DNA from: Octopus vulgaris
Lineage: Eukaryota
Direction: 5' to 3'
Assembly (NCBI GenBank): GCA_951406725.2
Contig: OX597814.1
Location: 62,682,001-62,746,000, forward strand
Length of the DNA stretch: 64,000 nucleotides
Translations under genes and position numbers: made by a program
In this document: piece after piece, positions 1-13,323 of the stretch
Layout: each line of letters opens with the position of its first letter
Position numbering within the stretch: position 1 is the first letter of the stretch
The notes under the pieces: generated by a model
What the model was told of the DNA's origin: nothing
Databases searched by the model: none
The model's input: only the letters and a program-made list of their open reading frames with translations

Positions 1-2003
1 CCTCAGAGCGGCTGGCTTCGGTCCCATCTTCCGCGGCTGGATAGCCGCTTTGTACAGAGGCATCCGTTCGGTAATTCGCGTAAATGGACATATATCGAGA
101 CCTTTCGACATCGCACGTTTGGTCCGTGAGGGATGCCCCCTCTCGTCGCTTCTATACGTATTGACTCTCGAGCCATTATTGCGGAAGATGGCAACTCTGA
201 GGGGCATCCCGCGAGAACTGGGATGCTGGACGAGCGTGTCTGCATACGCGGACGACGTCACCGTCATAGTGTCTTGCCACGAGCACATCGAGCAGGTTGG
301 CGAGACACTGAAAGACTACGAAGCGGTGACAGGAGCGAAAATCAACCGGGAAAAATCAGTGGGCTTGCGACTAGGCACCTGGAGAAGCAAACCCATGCCG
401 TCCACCAGCGCCTCCGTCGAGTTGCTCGGGGTCTGGTTCGGTCCGGACCTCCAAGTGGAGAAGAACTGGAACGAGATAACGAGCAGGGTGGTCACTCTCG
501 TCCGGCAATGGGCCGAGAGGAAACTGTCCCTAAAAGGTCGGGCGGAGGTGGCGAACACGTACATCGCGTCCGTCATCTACTACCGCCTGACCGTCGTGCC
601 TTGTCCCGACACTACCATCACCAAACTAGAACGCATTCTCTTTCGCTTCTTGTGGAAAGGATGCGTCCCGATGGTCAGGCGATCCATTTGCTGTCAACAC
701 CCGTTAAAAGGAGGACTGGGCATGCCGTGGTTGATGATGCACAGACACGCGCTGAGACTGCGACATCTCAGGCTCTTCGTAGACGACGGTGAACAGGTGT
801 GGTCGCCGTTTATGGGGCACGCTTTCCCGCAGCTCGTCTCTATGACCGAACTGCAGTCGTGGATCAAAAAAGGCCGAGGAAGGGCGAATGGCACCGCGAG
901 TGTCGCGTTGCTCTCAAGCAACTCTGCCGTCCTGGGTCGAGCTTGAGTGACTCCATCACAACCAAAGCATTCTATAGGGGATTAGTGGAGGGGAGGTACG
1001 ACGACGAGCTCGGGGCGAACCTGGACGTCGACGAGGAATACCTGACCCGCCTGTTCAGGACGACTTTCGGGCCAGGACCCCTGGACAACTTCCAGAGATC
1101 CCTGGCCTGGTAGTGCTACCGAGAAGCGCTACCCGTTCGGGATAAGCTCTAGAGACACGGCTCGAGAAACACGGGGCCGACCTACCCGAGATGTGGTCAG
1201 AGCGACGAAACCGTTCTGCATGCACTCGTGCAGTGTCCAACAATTTTCGACCTGTGTCACGTGTGGGACGAGTCGGTTTATCAGCTGAGTCTATCGTCAA
1301 TATTGTCACGCCTCCTTCCTTCAAACGGGAAGGAAGAGCTATTTTCATCATCCTTGTGGCTATGGCGAAAGAATGTATCTGGTGGACGCATCTGAAAGGA
1401 TTGGAGACAAACACTTTCCTCTCTGGTCAATCTCTCATCAACTTCTTCAAGTACCACTTGAAAAGGAAAGTGAGAGTAGAGAGGCAAGCGAATGTTTTAA
1501 AAAAAGATGGGTGAATGTAGCAAGGATGGCACGTATGAATGACGAAGCCACCTTGAGCATAATCCTATGAACCCAGAATTTAAAACAGAGGGTTACCTAC
1601 TTGCAAACAAATGTGGTAACATATAACAATATTGACCGAGGTTACCGTGGTCTTTTTCGTAGGCTTTTCTTCCCACGGATAAACCTTATCTGCTTCCCCC
1701 CTTACGCCGTACATCATGACACTGTGATACACGATCCCTATTGATCGTTTTTTTTCCTCTTCCCCTTTTTTCCTCTTTTTTCTTCTTTTTTCCTTTTTCT
1801 TTTCTCTTGTTTCTTTTCCTTTTTTCCTTTTTTTTCTTTTTTTTTCTTTTTCTCTTTTTACGATCCCTTTTGATCGAAAACCTACGCCACTTTTTTTTGT
1901 TTCTTTTGTTTTTTGTTTTTTGTTTTTTTCATCCCCCAAAAGAAAAGCTCTACTCTGTAATTTGTCCCATCTGTGTGCAGCCCTGTGTGGCCAATAAAGA
2001 AAC
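1..2003 (+). mobile_element. Tx1/L1-like non-LTR retrotransposon, 3' part of ORF2 (RT and C-terminal zinc finger) plus 3' UTR; degenerate, runs off the window start
   Basis: ORF 50..946 has RT motifs VREGCPLSSLLY, SAYADD, GAKINREKS and LSLKGRA, followed by frameshifted pieces. A pyrimidine-rich 3' UTR and AATAAA at 1993-1998 follow. Highly similar to the copy at 34554-37056. Confidence 0.9.
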
Positions 2004-2004
2004 T

Positions 2005-2090
2005 TATGTATGTATGTATGTATGTATGTATGTATGTATGTATGTATGTATGTATGTATGTATGTATGTATGTATGTTTCTATCTATCTA
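2005..2090. repeat. (TATG)n then (TATC)n microsatellite directly after the Tx1 3' end
   Basis: Direct reading of the sequence. Confidence 0.95.
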
Positions 2091-2729
2091 CTTTTTAAGT
2101 TGATATGCACAACACAACTTTTTATAATTTGCTCCTTTCCGTTTACATAGTTTTGTCTCACTGTGAGAAGTATATAAAGTGGTGAAGTGATTATACTACA
2201 GTTTCTGTTTCTGTTTTCGTGTGAAGAAAATGGATCAATAAGATAAATCCTAGACTTGTTTAACGTTCAACTTATAAAGAATATGCAGCTCACAACGAGA
2301 CGATGAACTTTTAGAATTAAAAACTTTCGTGTAACCAGTTTATTTACTTCTCATTGCAATGCTAAGAAGTAAATTTATCAAGAAGGTATAACCTTCATAT
2401 CAAATTATGCAAACAATGCTGTTTAGCATATGAATCATCTGTGCTACAATGTAAGCACATGCACTTTAATGCAAATTTCATCCAATTCACAGCTGTGTTC
2501 AAGCTTAATCTTTTTTACTTTAGATTTTTTCGTATTAGATTTCTTTTCAGTTAGTTTCGAACAATATAGTTCTTAAATTTATATTCGACGTTTGCAGACC
2601 TTCTCATATAGAGTCGCAGGAAAAACTTCTAAATTATACAAATAGCTTACAAAAGTATTGACTTATGATTTTGGAAAATGATTTCATATATTTTAACTTC
2701 TCCGGAAACCAAGCAGAATGGGTAAGATA

Positions 2730-2920
2730 TTGGTTTCAATTTTTGGTACAAGGTCAGCAATTTCGGACCAGGTGCATGGCTGGTATTCATTTTATCGACC
2801 CCAAAAGGATGAAAAGCAAAGACGATCTTGGCAGAATTTGAACTCAGAGCATAAAGATGGGTGAAATACCGCTAAGCATTTCTGACCGGCGCGGTAACGA
2901 TTCTGCCAGCTTGCCGTCTT
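2730..2920 (-). mobile_element. SINE family A, degraded copy
   Basis: Shares core TTTATCGACCCC-AAAGGATGAAA-GCAAAG...GAATTTGAACTCAGA...TTCTGCCAGC with copies at 6520, 24530 and 46737-47385. Confidence 0.8.
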
Positions 2921-3019
2921 AGTGTTAAAAAAATAGAGTTGAATTATACCAAAATATTTAAAAATACATAAATTTAGACGCGTCAAATAATGGAAAACAG
3001 TCATAGCTTTAACTTTCAT

Positions 3020-5650
3020 AAGAGACCCAGTGTGGATGTAAAACCTGTAACAAAATTCAATGGCAATTGTAAAAATGTTTGGGAAACTGGATTTCTTTGT
3101 TACTTGCTCCAGTGGTCGTAACTGGGAAGGAATCACAGATTAACTGCTTCTAGATTCAACTGGTTTATCGCTGATAGATCTGCTGAATTTGATCAACCAG
3201 CAGCTGATGAATAGGATTCAAGAAATAAAATTTTCCATACGAAACTTGAATGAGGATCGTTTACGCGATATACTGGAGAAACTGCAAATTTTATGTGGAT
3301 TACAGAGGTTCAGAAACGTGACCTACTCCCCTGCTATATGTTAATCATATTGAATGGATTATGACAGTTATGTATACGCAGAATTATCCAGTATTTTAAA
3401 TATGGTTAATAGGAAATATAGGAAATATAAAGAATTCTTGGAAACTAAAGTGCAAAGCCATAATGACTATCCATAAATCAGGCGTCGTGGTATTGTGTCT
3501 AAGTTAAGAATCCTCCATGGAATTAGATAATTGATCAGTAGAAGCATATTCTCTGCATTCCACTATTAAATGTCGTAATAACTGCAATGTAGAGATATGT
3601 GAAACTGGAAACAGTGAAGTATATCAGTAAGTATATTCATAAAGTTATTGATCGCATGACAGTGAGTATGAAACGACAAACCAACAAACAGCAACTACAA
3701 TCTAATAGTGATGAAAGTGCTAATTATATTAATGGCTGATAAATTCAAATCATCAGAAGCGTTGTGGAAGATGTGTACGTTTAAATGACATTATTCATGT
3801 CCACCGGTGCAACAGCTAATGGTTCCTTTAGAGGTGCAGCAATAGGTTTGCGTTATGACGAAGAAATTGAGATTGAAAAGATTATTGTAAGCAATGTCAA
3901 GTCAACTCTAACTGAATGAGTTAATCTAGAATTGCTACATAATTAAAAGCATACACTATCTGCTACTCTGATTTCTTAGAACATCAGCTAAAAGCAACGA
4001 AAAGCAGAATGAGAAAATGACATCCACTTCATCGGACGTATGTAGTTAGTTTCAGGTGTGGGTTTATCTGAGAGTTCTCTTGTATCAAATACCAGGAAGT
4101 GTATTATTCAAAGATATGAAATTTTTCTACTAACAAAGGACCTGCAATAAAATTGGTTTTAAACACAATGATAGTGATATTATTAGACAATGAAGGTTAT
4201 GCACGTTTCTGTGACAATACACCAACTATGAAGACTTTTCTGCTAGCTTTGTCTTTATTAGAATCTTTCCCAACCAACCTAACAAATTATTTACAGTTCT
4301 TGAAGAGTAATTCTCCGAAGATGTGAATATATTGTAGAAAATTAAATTATACTTTTCTTGCTAGAAAACAAATCAACATTAATCCAGTATTCACTACAAC
4401 ACCAAACTTGTTAACCAGAAAAAGCTTCATGTTTGAGATTTGCAAATGGATGTCAAGATAAGTATCTTTAGCGAAAATATTCAAAAACTAAATTTCACCA
4501 AACAGTTTTTCAAGTAATTAAACAAGTAATTTCAGCAAAAATGTAACAGTACCTTTCTTAATTATTTACAATTATTTACATTATTTACATAATACCTCAT
4601 ATCTTAAATATGGAACAGTACCTTTCTTCATTGATGTATCAGATGGATTAGGGAAACCTTTTCTGTATAATATTATTTCAAAAGCAAGTTCCTCATTTGC
4701 TCGATCCACCAAATTAATAGGGTTGCAATATTACCATACTAAGAAAGTGCTTTATATCGTTCATAATGAGATTATTTTGGATGAATTGCTCGTATTTCAT
4801 CGTTACCTTGAAGAAGCATTGGACAAAACATTCAGAGATCTGACAAAAAAAAAAAAATAAAACTCTAGATCGATGGCTTGAACATTGCAGAAATTAGCTG
4901 TAATTAACAGCGGCAACAAAAGAAAGACTTCTGTATGTCACTTTCAATAAGCCTTTGTTACAATGCTTCTGGTAGCGCTAACAGAAAATATGCTACTCAA
5001 ATCATATGCCTAGAATTCAGAGTAGAAAAAAACCTGAATTCAACAACTTTGGCTCTGAAACTAAAACAACGCATGGCTCTGAAACTGTAAAAAAAAAAGC
5101 AATATAATTGAAAGATGTAATGGCTTTCAAGTTTACACACACATATATAATTTCGTCAATATTTTTTATGAATGTCATGAAGGAAATCATTGATAAGCTC
5201 GAAAGATTTTTTAGATAATCGTTTTAGCGCGCCTCAAAATCTAAAGCTAATCTCATCGTAAAAGAAATAGTGAAACAGTTTCAATAGATACAACAATACT
5301 GTTTTGTCATGATCAATGTTCAAATAGAGATAACAATTCAAAACTTACACCAGAATACTTTAAATATTCTGTCATAACAAATATCAATGTTACTGGATGC
5401 TAATACTGTACTATTTTGCTACATACTGTTGATCAAGTAAAAGGATGTAACTGTTCACCTTTAGATAGTCCAGAAATTAAATTGAGTCAAATAGTGTAAG
5501 TGAAAGGCCGCCATCACGGTAAAATTGTTACCCTCTGTTTAGGAGGTAAGGAATTGCCATTTACATTAATCAGTCAAGATTTCCCCTTAAATAATTAATA
5601 ATGGCAATGATAATAAATAAATCATAAGGACAAACCTCTGACAAACTTTA
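3020..5650 (+). pseudogene. Fossil Helitron Rep/Pif1-helicase coding region with many stops and frameshifts
   Basis: Hand translation gives ordered RepHel motifs: MAIVKMFGKLDFFVT (~3060), NVEIC and VKYISKYIHK..DR (~3585-3655), IGRM (~4030), FFIDVSDGLGKPFLYN (Walker A-like, ~4625), IILDE..H...EALDKTFRDL (Walker B-like, ~4770), AMIINKS*GQT (motif V-like, ~5603-5640). Confidence 0.8.
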
Positions 5651-6089
5651 CAAAGAAATAATACAATCGTAGTAGAAGGATTAAGAATAAAGATTGCCAG
5701 CGGGGGAAAATATTCTCAACAATGAAATAAACTGTACGTAATATCCTTATCAAAGTAAACAACCGATAGACAATGCAACAAACTTATAATTAACATAAAT
5801 TTCACCACAGTTCTTCATTCAGGCAAATATGCTTCGTTTCTTTTCACTGTATTGAAATTTTATAAATTCATATCAATTTGTAAAATTCAATTTCGTAAAT
5901 TATACTCAGTTCTTTAACATTAATTAACTCTAACGAATGACGTGCAAGTAATTCTCCACTAACATGGGGATCAAATATTAAACATTAATAGCAACTATTA
6001 GTAATAAACCATACGTTCATTGCCGGCAGAAGAACTTCAGCTAAAACAAAGACTGCCATTGGAACAACTACACTACCAAACAATGTAAC

Positions 6090-6220
6090 TAAAAGAATAC
6101 ATTGACCTACGAAGAACAAGAGGACACATGTAACATAGCATAAATCTGCAATACAAAGACATAGATTTATGCTATGTTACATGTGACCTCTTGTTCTTCG
6201 TAGGTCAATATATTCTTTTA
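6090..6220. repeat. Inverted repeat, 58-bp arms with 2 mismatches, 15-nt loop
   Basis: 6090-6147 is the reverse complement of 6163-6220. Confidence 0.95.
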
Positions 6221-6519
6221 ATCAGGAATGGAAAAATAAAGATTTTAAGAAACGGGATGAAATATGCTATCGAACATCACATTTACAACGTACAAAACAA
6301 AAGAGATTGAGACATATAAAAGAATGCTTTCCAAATTGATAAGTTAAACGAAAACTTCAACGTATTGCAATACTAACAAAACTAGACATAAAGATATACG
6401 TGAGTTTATATGAATATAGTTAACCTTCTCAGAAAATGACATCAATGATACATGACTACCACATAATGACAAATATTTATCATGAAACAACTTGGATAAA
6501 TAAACAATGACGGAACGCA

Positions 6520-6740
6520 CGATATTCTTTTCTACCCGAGGCACAAGACCCAACATTTTTGGAGAGGGGGAGCCAACCGATAAGATCGACCCCAGTACGC
6601 AACTGGTACTTAATTTATCGATCCCGAAAGGATGAAAGGCAAAGTCGACCTCGGCGGAATTTGAACTCAGAACGTAAAGACAGACAAAATACCGCTAACC
6701 ATTTCGCCCGGCGTGCTAACGATTCTGCCAGCACACCGCA
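6520..6740 (-). mobile_element. SINE family A, near full length
   Basis: Multi-copy core AACTGGTACTTAATTTATCGATCCCGAAAGGATGAAAGGCAAAGTCGACCTCGGCGGAATTTGAACTC; B-box-like GAGTTCAAAT on the minus strand. Confidence 0.85.
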
Positions 6741-9023
6741 TTACGAAACGCACAATATTGCATTACGAAAGGTGGATAAGGAAACTTCTAACAAATAAGG
6801 ACATGCGTAACATTACAACACACTACCATGCTCAAGTTGGATAAAATATGATACAGTTACAAAATGGAAGAAAGCAGAAAGAAAGGCACAGGCAAGACAA
6901 GTAGAGCCAACATGAATATAAGTATGCATTACAACTACCATGGACTCAAGATTTTATATCTAAAACGAATACACAGTTAATACAACATATAATGAACAAC
7001 AATGTCTAGTAGTTCATTTCAGATCTACGAATATGTTTAAAAAAATGAGATGTATCTCATGAAACATCAAAGCAACAAACCAAATAGACACCAAGAGACA
7101 TAAATTTCACTCCAATAAGTTTCTGACAAACTATGAGATATGAAAATGATTACCTCAAAGAGCACGAAAGATATTACAAAAATGCAAACCAGTCTACAGA
7201 GTAACACTAAGTAAAACGAAACGGCTGGTGAACAAAATTTTATGGTATACAAGATGAAGGCAATCAGAGTAGGTCGCCGCAGACAAGTACATCTGATAAT
7301 ACAAAAACACTAAAACGACAGCAAGTACAGAAGCAAAATTGTTTGAATTTTCTTCTAACATTACAAAGGCTGGACAACGAAATTCATAACTAATGAAACC
7401 AACTACATAGTAAAATAAACAAGGAGACAATATCTAATACATTTCCATGGGCGAAAAGCAGCAGATAGATATCAACAAATGCAAATACAGTGGACAAATC
7501 ACGTATACTAAAAATGCATATAGGAAACAATATGGGAAATAATTTAGATGAAACAAAAAAAAAAGTCAAATAACATCAGAGAACAATACAGAAAAACGAA
7601 AAGAAGTTAGTTGCGTCAAATAATGTAACACAAAACAGAGCGATCGACACAGACTTATATGAACAACAACGAAGGCAATGAATGTAGTTCGAACAGCAAT
7701 ATAAATATAAGCATGAAAAGATTTAAGCAAGCAGAGCTATACCGTGAAAACTGATTTTAACTATATAACATCCTAAATTAACAATCACAACAGTAGCTTC
7801 ATAGGATTTCAGTTCCAATACCATTTAACAATAGAATGGAACATTAACCAAACAAAATGCAAATAATTAATTCAATACAATGGAAGCTTAGCAAAACAAG
7901 TCGCTAAAGTAAACATGACCTCATATGAATAGGATAAATATTTACAGAAAATACATCAAGGACTTAAAGTTAAAACACAAACATGCAATTTACAATAAAA
8001 TAAAATTGATAACGTAACAGTGACAAAAATAGCATTAACAGAATCATCTTCCTATATAACACTAACACGGCTGCACAACGAAATTTCTAACAAATGAATA
8101 CATGTATAATATAACATTACATTACAATACACAGTAAGGACAAAATGCCAAACAATGACAGACTGTAACATTAAAACAGATAGTAACCATCGCTAGTCAT
8201 CCAGGTGGTGATGTTAAACCGGGCCACGAATTAGGTTCACAATCCATGTAAGTTGTGATGGGATTTGAACTCAGAACACAAAAATTCGGAGCATAAATTG
8301 CATGGTAATCTGCCCGACACCCTAAAGCCCTAAAAGGAAAAACAAAATAAAAAACAAAAACAGTGGATTTGTTCAATTTATTCAGAAAAGTACAGAAAAG
8401 TAAAGTTTTTTTTATTTGTGGTCAAACATATTTATTGCTTAGTGAGAGACTGAAAGAAGGCGAAAGTAATAAAAATAGAACAGATTTACTAGCGTAGAAG
8501 GGTTACTTCTGTTGTAACCATATTTCCGTTTAGTGAACGCAATTCCTTCTGCCCTTGAAAAGCCTTATTTTGGAGTGAGTAAACTATTTTAAACAAACTT
8601 TCAGTCAGTAAAACAGTCAAGTTTGTAGTTTGTAAGGTACATGTACCATTTTTCAGTTAAATATTAACTGACACGAAACAATAGTGATTTTTTAAAAACG
8701 TCATGAAAATGTTCCTTATCTTGAATAAAAATATTTCAATGCAAAAAAAAAAAAACATTAACCAAACAAAATATAAAAAAGAATGTTTTGGCTGGAACAA
8801 AATTATTATTTAAAAATCCTCTTCGACACTCATCATCTGTTGTTACTACAGATATAAATAACATACACACATGTTCACAAATTTAAGACCTTTTATGTCA
8901 TTACTCATCCTGCTAGAAATACCAGTCAAGTTTCCTTCAAATCAGCTAGAATGACGACATATCGTAATGATAGAAACGGAAATTTGAATATATAAAGTAT
9001 AAGTGCATAAAGTACTATGTATG

Positions 9024-9079
<56 letters not shown>

Positions 9080-9082
<3 letters not shown>

Positions 9083-9272
9083 CTGAGCACTCCACAAATG
9101 CGTGTACCCTTAACGTAGTTCTCAGGGACTCGCAAAATGGGACAAGGCCGACCCTTTGAAATACAAGGACTACACGTTGTTGCCAACAGAGTTGACTGGA
9201 GCAACGTGAAATAAAGTGTCTTGCTTAAGGACACAACGATCCGAGCAGAATGCCATAACCATTGAGCCATAC
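9080..9272 (-). mobile_element. SINE family B between (CA)n tracts
   Basis: Reverse-complement match to 49870-50050 (CCCTGAGAACTACGTTAAG, TTTATTTCACGTT). Confidence 0.7.
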
Positions 9273-9409
9273 ACATTCAACACACACACACATACACACA
9301 TACACACGCACACACATACACACACATACACACACATACAAACACACACGCGCGCACACACATACACACACACACACACGTTATGACGCTAAACAACTTT
9401 TGTCCTTTG

Positions 9410-10085
9410 TATGATGATGGAAAATATCTTTATAATACATCTAATAATAATGTTTATTAATTATGGCTAAAATATTTCAAAATTTAGAATAACGTAAAAA
9501 TAACGTAATAAAAATGATCAAATTTTCAGTTTGTTAGATTAAGTGTTCCTAGAAAAATCTTATTATTTTTTCACCAACAATTTATTACTTATGCAATAAA
9601 AAAATATAAAACCATATCAACGTTACATGAGATCAGAACATGTAAGTTTTACTTGGATTTTATAATTTTTACATTCTTATCTATTGCAATTACGGTTTGT
9701 TGAAGCACATTTTATTTAAACAATTATATAACATAAGAATAACGAAATAAAATAATGGGAATAGTAATTTTTGTAACATTTATGATGCATCAAGGAATTT
9801 CTTTATGATGCACATAGATAATTATTAATTATAGTTAAATATTTAAAATTTTAGAAATAATATACTAAGAAAATTATCAATGTTCAAATCGATCAGTTAA
9901 ACGTTTGTGCACAATATTTTTTAGTGTTTTAAACATCAATTACTGAATACAAAAGACAAAAATATAGCCGTATCAATGTCACATGTGACCAGGATATGCA
10001 GGGTAAAGGGCTTACTTCAAGTTTACATTTTTTTTTTATTCCGCTCTATTGAAATTGCAGGTTGTTCAAGCATATTTTATATTAA
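9410..10085. repeat. Diverged tandem duplication, two units of about 360-370 bp
   Basis: Collinear blocks: 9611 ACCATATCAACGTTACATGAGATCAG vs ~9967 GCCGTATCAATGTCACATGTGACCAG; 9681 CTATTGCAATTAC vs 10046 CTATTGAAATTGC. Confidence 0.7.
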
Positions 10086-10822
10086 GAATGACCAAATATG
10101 AATGTGCAGCACAATATGTTTTGCAGTGAAGCAGTAAGAATGCCAAAGAGACAGAGAATGGTCAGATAGAAAAGGAGAGTCGACGACGATGGAAGGCAAC
10201 TAACTCGACGATGACAAACGCAAGAACAACTTTCTGAAGGGCAATGAGAAAACATTATAGCTCAAAATACTGCACAACAAATACAAGAGAAGCTAGAACG
10301 AATTTTGGCTCTAAATAGTGAATTATAAATAAAGAAAAGCACAAGATCGATCTTTCCGAGAGCTGGGAGGACGAATTTTAACTCAAAATACTGAACAGAT
10401 CAAAGGGAATTTAAGCGCACAGCAACGAAGATTTGTAATGATGAATACAGAACATTGACTAGAAACATTGTCAAAAGATAATTTATTACGTCTGCATTCA
10501 GAAAGACAATCTAAATTTCAATAATTTACTCTATTAAAAACATATAATATCAATTAAAGTAGAGGTGAAGTTAATCACTTTCTTATTATTTCAAAGATAA
10601 TTTGTAGATAATAGATTATATTCTATATTAAAGGTAGCATTTTAAATGTATAAACGATCTAGATTTTTAAAAATTGGTATTTAAAAAATTTGGGATGTTG
10701 AACTAATACAGACAAAATAACAAGCAGACACAAGTATGAACAACAATGAATACGTGCTGATAGAATAATAACAGGGGATATCTGTACAGCAAATACCACT
10801 TCGTACTGAAAAACGCTCGCAC

Positions 10823-10855
<33 letters not shown>

Positions 10856-11729
10856 TTTAGAGCAGGCAAAGTATGTAACGAAACATTCAAAAACCATTCT
10901 CACAAAATATGAGGCTGAGCATTATAATTCCCAAAATAACAATAACATCAAAACAGAATACGACACAAACACACAAACCATAACAAAAATGTCGAACTAA
11001 CAAAAGCAAATGTCAATAGAACACGCATAATACAACACAGAAGGAAGAAGGAAAGGTTGCATAAGAATTATACTGGAGAATGGAATAAAAATACGGCAAC
11101 ATAGAAATACAACAAAAGAACAAGTCATGGACAAAAAACGTAAAGGACAAAAAGTACATTGTATGATATCAAACATATAAGATCACAAACATCAGAATGT
11201 TATTAGCAATACAAATTTCGGATATGGACTATCGCAAAAAGGAAAAGTATAACAATTATTTTCTAAGATAAATTAGCCAAGGATTTTTAACATCATCGAT
11301 CGTGTCGGAACATAAACACAGTATAAGATGATGGTACGTTGCACAGGAAGTACTTATTGCATAAAACAAAATAGACACAGTCCTGACATTTAATGTTACG
11401 GCCATGTGTTTTTGAACAGTGAATGTCATCTTTGCTCAACATAGAATATAATGAAATGCAAGAAAGGATGTAATATAATATTCACGTAACAAAATATTAA
11501 CACAGATAAAGAGATGAACAATTAGTAGAATTATGGTAGTACTATATTATCATAGTGAGTAGCATACAACGGAATGGGAAAGAAGCAAAAAGTTAAATGG
11601 AACAGAAATATGGCAGAAACAAAAAGACAGCCATAACATCAAATGCACTCATTCAATGCACATGATGTATTCTACACTGAAACTTTACATCAGATCTTCA
11701 ACTGATTTACGAACATTCAATTTCTCTCA

Positions 11730-12620
11730 AGCAGGTCAACGTATCATCGCCAAAGTTGACCGATACACGTTCTCCATTTGGTCCACTGTTTTCATTAACC
11801 AACATCCACTATTCACTGCCAATTTTTAAGGTAAATGGAGGCCAATATGCTCTGCGATGGCATCAGAAGCCTGCCAGGTGGAAAAGACAGCTTACGAGTA
11901 GCTCATAGGCATGCAAAACGATTGTCATTCAAAACTAAACATGCTTCAAAAAACATCTTAAATCTACGGTTAAATAATTATAGTTTTTCTATTTTACCAA
12001 AAAAAAAAAAAAAATTCTTTCAACATTTCATTCTGTTTCCGTTTGAATTTCCCTGTGCTACAAGCGGATCTGCATAGAGAGCATTCTAAATATCGAAAGA
12101 AAACTTGCAGTGGATTATACCCTTAAACATGTGATAGATTTTCGTCGATAGAATATAATTCCACCTTCATAAGTTCTTTCGATTGATTTTAAGCTTCTGC
12201 CTCGTCTTTTTTAGATTAGAAACAGTTAATATAGAGATTTTGGTATTGGTCAATAGTTTTCAGATTCTGATGTTATTGGACTAAATGTCAACTTGGGTCC
12301 AGTCGAGTAACCCAAATGTTGATATGAATTTTGGTACAGCGAACATTGCGAACCATTGACTTTTATACAATTCTGAAGGCCATATATTTTTTCTCTCAAT
12401 GCAATATTTCCTAGTTTCAGCTTCCTTATTAAAAGTTCTTGTACACAATACATATTCACCTATCCTTTAGTATCCGGTGCATTCCCCATCGCAAATCAGA
12501 AAAATAGCCTGACACTTGATAAAGGTATCGATAGAATAGTCCGTTGTTTTCTTTTATCGTTTTACAGTCAGGTTGTATCATTCATTCTGCTAAACTCCAC
12601 CCCGATGTTCTTTTAAAACG
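11730..12620 (-). pseudogene. Possible decayed exons of a VWA3A/VWA3B-like von Willebrand A domain gene
   Basis: Minus-strand pieces CQAIFLICDGECTG, QELLIRKL and IKVNGSQCS..QHLGYSTGPK resemble the AIYLL.DG / HTISFNC / LA..TGG pattern. Stops are present and the resemblance was judged by eye. Confidence 0.3.
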
Positions 12621-13323
12621 TAGTAATCAAATCGAGGTTCCACTTCATATAAGCCATGTTCTCATATATCAAAAGTCACAAAGGAGTTGTGTTAAATTTA
12701 CATTAGGAGTAGTGTTATCGTTAGGTCTTCTGGGAACTAATTATGCACCCTTCAGCTGGACAATGAGATTATTGGAATTATAAACAACATCGTTGAAAGG
12801 CTGTCTCCTTTAAATATTCTCCTGCGATGCTTAATCCTCTATGTAACAATGAAATCATTCTTTGTTGTATCTTCAGGATTGTGTTTCAGCAAGAAGCCAA
12901 GCTATCTATTTTTCTGAATATGGTTTCTGAAATTTTAACAATTTCAAGGCCCGCGAGCATCCGCAAGATTCGCATGTTTCAATCTTACTAAACTGTAAGC
13001 AAGTTCTTCTTATGCTATCGCACTTGTGATATTTATTTTATCAGTATATCCTGAACACCATTTTCCTAGCAGCATGCTCAGTAATGATGAAATTCTATCA
13101 TAGTGGCCTTAGAGAACAAGTTCAGTCTGTATACACTTAATACACCACATAAATTATGTATGTATGTATGTATGTATGTATGTATGTATGTATGTATGTA
13201 TGTATGTATGTATGTATGTGTATGCATGTATACGTGCACAGAGAGAGAGCGAGAGAGAGCGAGAGAGGGAGAGAGGGAGAGAGAGAAAGAGAGAGCTGTG
13301 ATGCAATATAGTATGTAATCATA

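Noticed and set aside
10130-10500. Charged repeat-like coding remnant, possibly a Helitron N-terminus
   Set aside because: No sustained frame or diagnostic motif.
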